From the NCBI RefSeq assembly GCF_009914755.1, contig NC_060926.1: 64,000 bases of DNA. One strand, given 5' to 3'. Positions within the stretch are counted from its first letter, which is position 1, and every line of letters begins with the position of its first letter. The DNA comes from the human T2T-CHM13v2.0 reference genome, Homo sapiens. This document shows positions 56,090 through 64,000 of the stretch, in pieces. Under the pieces are notes generated by a model that searched no databases, was not told the origin of the DNA, and saw only the letters and a program-made list of their open reading frames with translations. A program made the translations under genes and the position numbers.

Positions 56090-56330
56090 TAATGGCTGAG
56101 GGTCCAGGCTTTGAAATCGTTTTCTGATTGGAAGTATCTCTTCTGAGACTGGGTAACAAAAATTTGGGTAAGTTTCCAGGTAAGTTTGGCTTTATGTCCT
56201 CTCTCTAAAATGGGAAATAATAATAGTTGTTGCTTCATTAAGTTGTTGGAGGTTTATAAGCTACAGCATGAAGAAGTGCTTAGTATAGTGCCTGGTTCAC
56301 AGTGAGCACTCATTCCATGTATATTACTAT
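56090..56330 (+). mobile_element. MIR
   Basis: ctctctaaaatgggaaataataatag...aagtgcttagtatagtgcctggttcacagtgagcactca. Confidence 0.7.
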
Positions 56331-56889
56331 TAAGATGTTTAGGAACTTTTTAAAACCTTGCTATTGATTCCACTCAGCTCAGTTACTCTAATATCTGAAC
56401 TAGGTTACTCCTCTTGCAACTTCCATATACTGCACACTCATTAAGTGTTCAAAACTTAAGGTTTTTCTTTAGAATTTATGTTTAAAATGACTTTGCTCAC
56501 AATCTCTCTCAGGTTGCTTACACAGCGTGATCCTGAAGGCTGCCCAGCACACCCTGAACCTGCAGGACTGCACTTAATGGGAGTTCACTATTCACTCTGC
56601 GGTCCCTCCTCACAGTCACCCTATTCTGCTCCTGCCCTCCCAGCAGCCAAATCCACAAATCCCTGTTCTTATCCTTCACTGCCCTATAGACTTAGATAAT
56701 ACCATCCCAGGAATCAAGGGGTCTCCAGAAAATGGCTCTTGTTCATCTCCTAAACTAAGTCTTTTTGGGTACAACCTATTTTGGTTCATACATTCACCCC
56801 CTAATACACCCCATGCCAGGCACCGCCCTCCCCAACCCCGGGGAGTGGCAAGTTCATACTTCATTCACTCCACATGCCAAATCACAGAG

Positions 56890-57415
56890 GACTCCGAATG
56901 TACAGGCAGGACTTTCAACTTCATCTTGAAAACTATGAAAGTGATGGAGGGATTCAAGCATGAAAGTTAAAGATTCAATGCGGTAAGCAACCCTCCGGCT
57001 GTACTTTGGGTAGGTAGCAAGATGAAACTGTTAGAGGTTCTGTTGCAGGATTCTAGGTCAAAAGTGAGGCAAGTCTGAATCAACCCAGTATGGTTGGAGA
57101 GCAGGGGAGAAGAGGACAGAGTTATCAGTCAGCAAGGAGGAAGGGCCAACAGGGCTGAGTGTGATTACTGAGAGGAGGAAAAGTCCAGAATAACTCCCCA
57201 CTTTCTTAAGAGTGGGATCACAAGAGAAAGAGCCATTGGAGAAAAGAAAATATCAAAAAAAGAAGAGTTCTATTGGAGCACCGAGTGTGAGGTATCTGTG
57301 AAATACTGAAGTGGGGGTCTCCAGAAAGGTGTGGCTTAGAGAAGCTGAGTTGGGAGCATAGCACACAGCTGAAACCAGAAAAAGAAGAATATCAGGTCAA
57401 AGACAAAACATGGTA
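56890..57415 (-). mobile_element. L2 fragment
   Basis: ggcaggactttcaacttcatcttg...gatggagggattcaagca...aagagttctattggagcaccgagtgtgaggtatctgtg. Confidence 0.6.
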
Positions 57416-57421
57416 GAACAT

Positions 57422-57746
57422 TGTCTTGGTCCGTTTTACTGCTATAACAAAATACCTAAGACTGGGTAATTTTAAAAGAACTGAAATTCATTTCTCACAG
57501 TTCTGGAGGCTGGACGACCAAGATCAAGGTCCCAGCAGGTTTGGTGTCTAGTGAGGGCAAGGTCTCTCTGCTTCCAAGATGGTGCCTTGTTGTGTCCTCA
57601 CAGGTGGAGGTGGAAGGCAGGGGGATGAGACAGCAGAGACGGCTCTGCACCCTCATGACTTACCTCCTATAGGCCCCACCTCTTAACATTATCACATGGT
57701 GATTAAGTTTCAACACCAAATTTTGGGTGATATCCAGACCATAGTA
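57422..57746 (-). mobile_element. MaLR solo LTR (MST/MLT1A-like)
   Basis: tgtcttggtcc...gctataacaaaatacctaagactgggtaattt...ctcacagttctggaggctgg...cagaccatagta. 5-bp TSD aacat at 57417-57421 and 57747-57751. Confidence 0.9.
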
Positions 57747-57963
57747 AACATCAACACATAACAAGGGGACCGAGGAAGGCGTGTTTAGGAAAGCTACTGG
57801 GAAGGAACTGGCCAGAGACATGATCATAAGGAAAATAAGATGATGTATCACCATAAAAGCCAAGGCTTACAAAAGTAATTCGTAAAACAATAAAAATGAG
57901 GGTAAAGAAGAAAAATGTGATCAAAAGTGTGAGGGAGGAAGATATTTAGAAAAATAAAATGGA

Positions 57964-58010
57964 GACCCAGGCATGGTACCACGCATCTGTAGTCCCAGCA
58001 ACTCAGGAGG
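57964..58010 (+). mobile_element. Short Alu monomer fragment
   Basis: ccaggcatggtaccacgcatctgtagtcccagcaactcaggagg. Confidence 0.7.
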
Positions 58011-58984
58011 TAGACACTTTCAAAACACAGGAAGCTATTCCCTGAATCAATTCAGAATTAGCTTGCATCATACATACCACACTATTCGTAACTCTTACCA
58101 ATACCAAATATGGCACCTATAATTTCCCCACTATATCTCACAAAAATAGTGTGAGAAACATGGCAATTTTTGTGGGTTTTGTAAAGGGTCTGGTGATAGT
58201 CTAGATTGGGATACTGGCTACGTGGAACATGTCTGGTAGGAAAGTTATGAATAAGGAAGGAAGGAAGCTTAATAGAAGGGCAAAGAGCAATTCTAAACGT
58301 GAGAAAATGTTCTAGAAGTTCTAGCTGGAGCGTTTACATGGAGTCACAACATTTCTCTATGCAAACTAAATGGTATTTTCACAGCTCTCCAGAGCCTCCC
58401 TGCTGAGCTGCTTGCATGTTTCCTAACCTTGATGTCAGCCAGTGGGACTAGCAGTTACACAGAGCTTCTCATTATGTCAGTGAACAGGGAGGGTGGCCAA
58501 GCTTCACATGGTCACGCACTACAGATGCAACCCCCCTGGGCTCAGAGAAAAACTATGATTCTGGAAAACCCTCAAGCCCATGCATTATTCCAGCATTATA
58601 CACAGGAGTGACCCTAACAGAAAAGACAAAGAAGTGGCAACACTGAGCCTCCTCTATGGGCCCGGGGTGTGGGTGGCAGCCCTCCCCTGGAAGAGACAGA
58701 AATGGGAAGAAGACACAGGGAATGAAGCTCCCTTAATTATTACTGCAAACTTGGACTATTTTTAGAGAGGTTTAATGAATAGAATGATATTTTAACCTAG
58801 TAACAAAGACTGGGACCCGGCATCCAAGGGAACTATTAAACAAGAATAGAAATCCTCAGTGTCCACCTCTTATCCATGTGATTCCAAATATAAGCTTAGA
58901 TAATTTTAAGCAGCTTCACCTCTATTCACTAAAATTAGGAAAGCAGAGCTAATATTAAATCTTCAAACTAGGATTTAATGGAAA

Positions 58985-59420
<436 letters not shown>

Positions 59421-60717
59421 AACAAGGACTTAAATAAACTTCTATTATTGCCCAAGTGGTGCCATGAGCTGTGGGTAATTATCGCTCCATCCCCAATCTC
59501 TGGATGATAATGCTCAAGTTAGATCATGAAGAAAGGCTCCCTGTTTATTTCTGGGAAAATGTAACCTTATCCAGACCTTGCTTACTAATGTTCCAATGTG
59601 CTGATGTTGAGACTTTACCCCTGCCATGGAACCACACCCCACTCTCCAGGGAAAGAAATTGGCCTATTTGGTCACAGCACCAGCAGAAGGGGTGCCTCGC
59701 ATTACATCCCACACCGAGCAATGCTTTGTTAGATAATTTGACTCTGACACACACGGTCTTCTAAGAGAACAGCCAAAGACTGCATGGATTTAACCATCTC
59801 AAAACTGTAGTACTGACCCTAAATGCATGACTCAAACATTTTGATATAGTTGTTAAGATGAAATTTCCACATAAAAACAGCAATGCTATTAGATCAGCAT
59901 ATTTACTAGGCAGTATTCCCAAGGGTACAGTATCAATGACATCTGTCCAGAATGCAACATCTTTATAACAGGAGTCCTTAGGTCTTTCAGGACATTTCTA
60001 TTTTTAAATTTGCTGGCTAATAAGAACAAACCTTAGTTAAAAATAACAAGAATAAAGCAAAGCTCTAGAACTACAAATTAACAGTTGAGATAGCTTCAAA
60101 GACTATGATGTTTTTGAAATTCCACTTACTGTGCTTCCTTTTTAAAATGAGAATCTGTATGTGTGTATTCCAAGATAGGGGATTATTCAGTAAGACTGTC
60201 ATTACCACACTAAGCAATGGATCTACAAGCATAGAAGTCAGCTTGCTGATATTCTCCAAGGTGTCTATTATGATCCCATTTCTCAAAGGCGTATGGTAGG
60301 GAAGAGGACCATATCCTTCTTATATTCAAAACAACATAACATTTACTTCCCCTCTTACAATAAAAACCAGTAAGAGTTAAGATATATCACATTATATTTC
60401 TGACAAATATTTCCACCCACATGTAAATAGCTCTTTTAAAAGAGATCAAGACCAGAAAAAAGTCTCAAAGCATAGACACAAAACAGCAATTCTTTCTCTT
60501 TCTTCTTTATCTTTCTGAATTGACTAACTGAATGACAATGAGCTCTATTCCCTTTATGGTAAGCAGGGAAAATCATTAAAGTAATGTTACAGAAGGAGAT
60601 GTAATGGCATGGAGAAATGTTTATTCCACTATACCACTATATCTTGTTAAAATAATAAAGAGCACATTTCAAAACAACATATACAATGAGATACTAATTT
60701 TATCATGAAGAATGAAT

Positions 60718-60742
60718 ACACACACACACACACACACACACA
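60718..60742 (+). repeat. (CA)n microsatellite
   Basis: Direct observation. Confidence 0.95.
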
Positions 60743-62554
60743 CCCCACATAAAACATACCTGATTCCATAAAACTCTAAGGGGGAAAGGAATAAAATTTA
60801 TCCAAAAAGTTATCTCTAAATGGCTGAATTCCTAATACAGTTTTTTTATTTTTACTTTTCCTACTTTTCTACAATGACCATGATTTTTAAGGTCAAAATA
60901 GGATCTAGCCTCACACAGGATATTGTAGAAACTAAATGAGATTATATCTGAGAAGAGCACAAAACTCAGTGCCTACACATAAGAAGCACTCTATAAACAT
61001 TAACTTAAAAATTCCATGCATAAAATGCATACATAGAAGTAAGTTAAAAGCAAAGGGAAAAATATTACCTACACATACTATGCTATATTAAAATGTATAT
61101 ACTAACTAAAACAAAAAAGAGACTTGGGAGTAACACGAATAGAGTTAGTTACCTTTTGTTCTTGTAGTCTTATTTAAATTACAGAAAGAGGATCTCAAAA
61201 AACATGGAATTTACAGAGGTAATAAGTCCTTGGCATTGTTTTGCTTTGTTAATCAGAAGACAGCATGAGGTCATAAATTAGTAGGCTTATAGAAGCGTAT
61301 ACTGAACATATTTTTAAATAGTGCTTTGTTTTTATGCTAGACTAGAAACTGTGAGGAGGTTTTTCAAGGACTGAAAGAGAGAGAGATATATAACTCCCCT
61401 ATTATAACAAAGCTATCATTTTCTGCAACAAAGTACTGTTTTTCTTCTAAGGTCCTCAAAGCTATTTATTCCCAAAGACACTATTATAATTCAGTGGTGT
61501 GCTGGAGGACACAGCTAAATTCAACAGGGACTAATGAGTGACCAGAAGAAAGATCAAAAGAACCCACATCATGGTTCCACTCTGTAATGAAAGTCCCACA
61601 GGGTTAACATACTCCAAATCCTTTCCTTCCAATCATTAAACTAAAAAATTCCAAAGAAAAACATCCCTGGCGTGTGAAGGAACAGACCACAAGCCTGTTT
61701 CAAATACTTACCCTTAACACACTCAAGTTTGCCATTTTAAGTCTGGGATGGCCCATCCACTTGGCCCCAGACTTGGGAAGTAGGTCTTTTACTAAGGAAA
61801 TAACCCAAAGAGAAGTGGGAAGGCAGCAGCACAGCAAAAGGTAAAGAATGGGAATGCACTGTCCCCTACTTTCTTCTGTTCAGTGGATGACACTTTAGCC
61901 TCCATTATCATATCTGAGGTTACTCTGCAGAGAACACTACAGAGAGGGAAGTGCCAGGTGACCAAGAAGAATGTGGTCATTGAAGACTGGGGTGGCCAAG
62001 GGACCTAAACAGGTCTACAAAGTAAGAGGCAGAGACAAATTTCAAAGCCAAAGCTATCTGACTCCATATGGGAGCTCCTCCATACTGCATAATGTCCATG
62101 CCACTCTCCACTATGACCACTGCAAAGCAAGAGGAGATGTCAGAAGCCTTACCTTCCCACACTCAGCCACTGTGGGAGATGGCTAATGGACCCCCACCCC
62201 TCAAAAAACAACAGAGGTGCCCAATTGCCCGGCAAACTCCATTTGCCCTCTGGGCTTGGCCCTCCTTGGGAAGGATTTTATTTAACTACACTTGATAAGC
62301 TCTGAAAAACCAACAACTAAACCCAAATTAAACAAAACAACAACAAATTAAAAGAGGGGTTATTCAAAGGTTGTCCCTCTTTCCCTCCATTTTATTTTCT
62401 CTCCCTTTTTTGTTTCATCTTTCTCGTGAAATCAGCCACACTATCTGTCACCTGACAATGACAGGAGATATATCTGTGCACAAGCTAAACTCATTCACAA
62501 AGATGCTCTCATTTGATCCAAAATGAGACTTCAAAGACTCTAAAAAGTTATTCC

Positions 62555-63225
62555 AACAAGAAGAACCCTCACATACTGGTGAAAATGGTGGTGGAAATGC
62601 AAGACAGAAAAGTCACTCTGGAAAATAGGCAGTTTCTTAAGAAGTTAAACATACATTTACCATAAAGCCCAGCAATCCCACCCCTAGATATCTATCCAAG
62701 AGAAATAAAAACATATGTTCACCCACATAAAAACTTGTATATGAAAGTTCACAGCAGCATTATTTATAAGGCCAAAAAGTAAAAACCAACCCAAATGTCC
62801 ATGAACTGGTGAATGATTAAACAAAATATGGTTTGTCCATAAAATGGAATACTATTCAGCCATATAAAGGAAGGAAGTAGTGATACATGCCACAACATGA
62901 ATGAACCTCAAAAACATCATGCTAAGTGAAGAAAGCCAAAACCAAAATACCATATATTGTATGATTCTAGTTATAAGAAATATTTAGAAAAAGCAAATCT
63001 AGAAAGACAGAAAGTAGATTCGTAGTTGTTTGGGACTGGGGGTGGGAAAATAATTAACTGTAAAAGGTCATGAGCAATTTTACTGTGGTGATGAAAATGC
63101 TCTAAAACTGGATTTTAGTCATGCTTATACAACTCAGAGAATTTACTAAAAACTACCAAATCACGCACTCAAAATACATAAATTTTATGTTATATAAATC
63201 ATACCACAATAAAGTTGTAAGAAAA
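62555..63225 (+). mobile_element. L1MB/MC-type 3' end
   Basis: gaaccctcacatactggtg...cccagcaatcccacccctag...aatggaatactattcagcc...aacctcaaaaacatcatgctaagtgaagaaagcc...gtgatgaaaatgctctaaaact. Confidence 0.88.
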
Positions 63226-63306
63226 GTGTGAGTACACAGACCATTTAAAAATAAGGTTTATTCCACTCCTACTATACTGAACAAACTTAAAATATAATGG
63301 AATGTT

Positions 63307-63447
63307 GGCGGGTGCAGTGGCTCACACCTGTAATCCTAGCACTTTGGGAGGCCAAGGTGGATGAATCAGATGGATCACTTGAGGCCAGGAGTTCAAGACC
63401 AGCCCTGCCAACACGGTGAAACCCCATGTCTAAAACAAATACAAAAT
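63307..63447 (+). mobile_element. Alu left monomer (FLAM/AluJ left arm)
   Basis: gggtgcagtggctcacacctgtaatcc...gagttcaagaccagcc...gaaaccccatgtctaaaa, with no right arm. Confidence 0.88.
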
Positions 63448-63448
63448 C

Positions 63449-63493
<45 letters not shown>

Positions 63494-63572
63494 TGTATGC
63501 ATATATTGTGTGTATATACACACATATATACACACTTAGGTATATTAGGTGTGTGTATATATATATATACAC

Positions 63573-63615
<43 letters not shown>

Positions 63616-63687
63616 TATATATGTATATATGGATAAGCCTAAAATAATATATACACATAGATATGTGTGTATATATACATATATATT
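63449..63687 (+). repeat. Complex (TA)n/(CA)n/(TG)n microsatellite
   Basis: Direct observation. Confidence 0.95.
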
Positions 63688-64000
63688 AGAATGTTAACAT
63701 TTAAAATTAAAAAACAGAAAGTTTAAGCCTTCTGACTAATTTATTAACAAAGAGCTTTGTGTCTTTAAGGAAAGAAATCCAATCACACTTAATCAAAACT
63801 AGTTTTCAAGATGTTGTCAGATAGTTGATATAACTTAAAATAATAAAGATATCATTTGCAAATGGTCTCAAATCTAATCTCTTCCGTATTATAATTCTCT
63901 ACATACTAGTACAATAATTAAAGAAAAAAAATTTATTTCCAAGTACATGATTGGCTTCTGAGATAAAGATAACAATTACAAAGCACTATAATTCCAGATC

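Noticed and set aside
63287-63697. YIYTHTHT / CVCVCVY ORFs
   Set aside because: These are microsatellite translations.

Overview
This is primate, almost certainly human, genomic DNA from inside the HECW2 (NEDL2) gene, which is transcribed on the minus strand. The only credible coding sequence is the ATG-containing exon (about 5544->5218; CDS 5509->5218, 97 codons plus 1 nt). It has a branch point, polypyrimidine tract, AG acceptor and GTGAGT donor. Positions 1-5217 are the downstream intron and 5545-64000 the long upstream 5'UTR intron. The introns hold about 23 Alu copies or fragments, old L1, L2 and MIR pieces, solo LTRs (ERV1-like, THE1, MST/MLT1A, MLT1), hAT and mariner relics, and microsatellites. 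The other ORFs in the track are repeat-derived or chance ORFs. I see no evidence of a new multi-gene system. The most unusual signals are a perfect 29-bp inverted repeat at 37773-37841 with mirrored octamer and ACGTG motifs and a templated-insertion signature, a candidate Alu-derived 5'UTR cassette exon at 49221->49106, an Alu-in-Alu insertion with a clean TSD, a closely spaced inverted Alu pair, and several LTR-promoter and CTCF candidates. Repeat subfamily names and boundaries were called by eye and are approximate unless a TSD is quoted.
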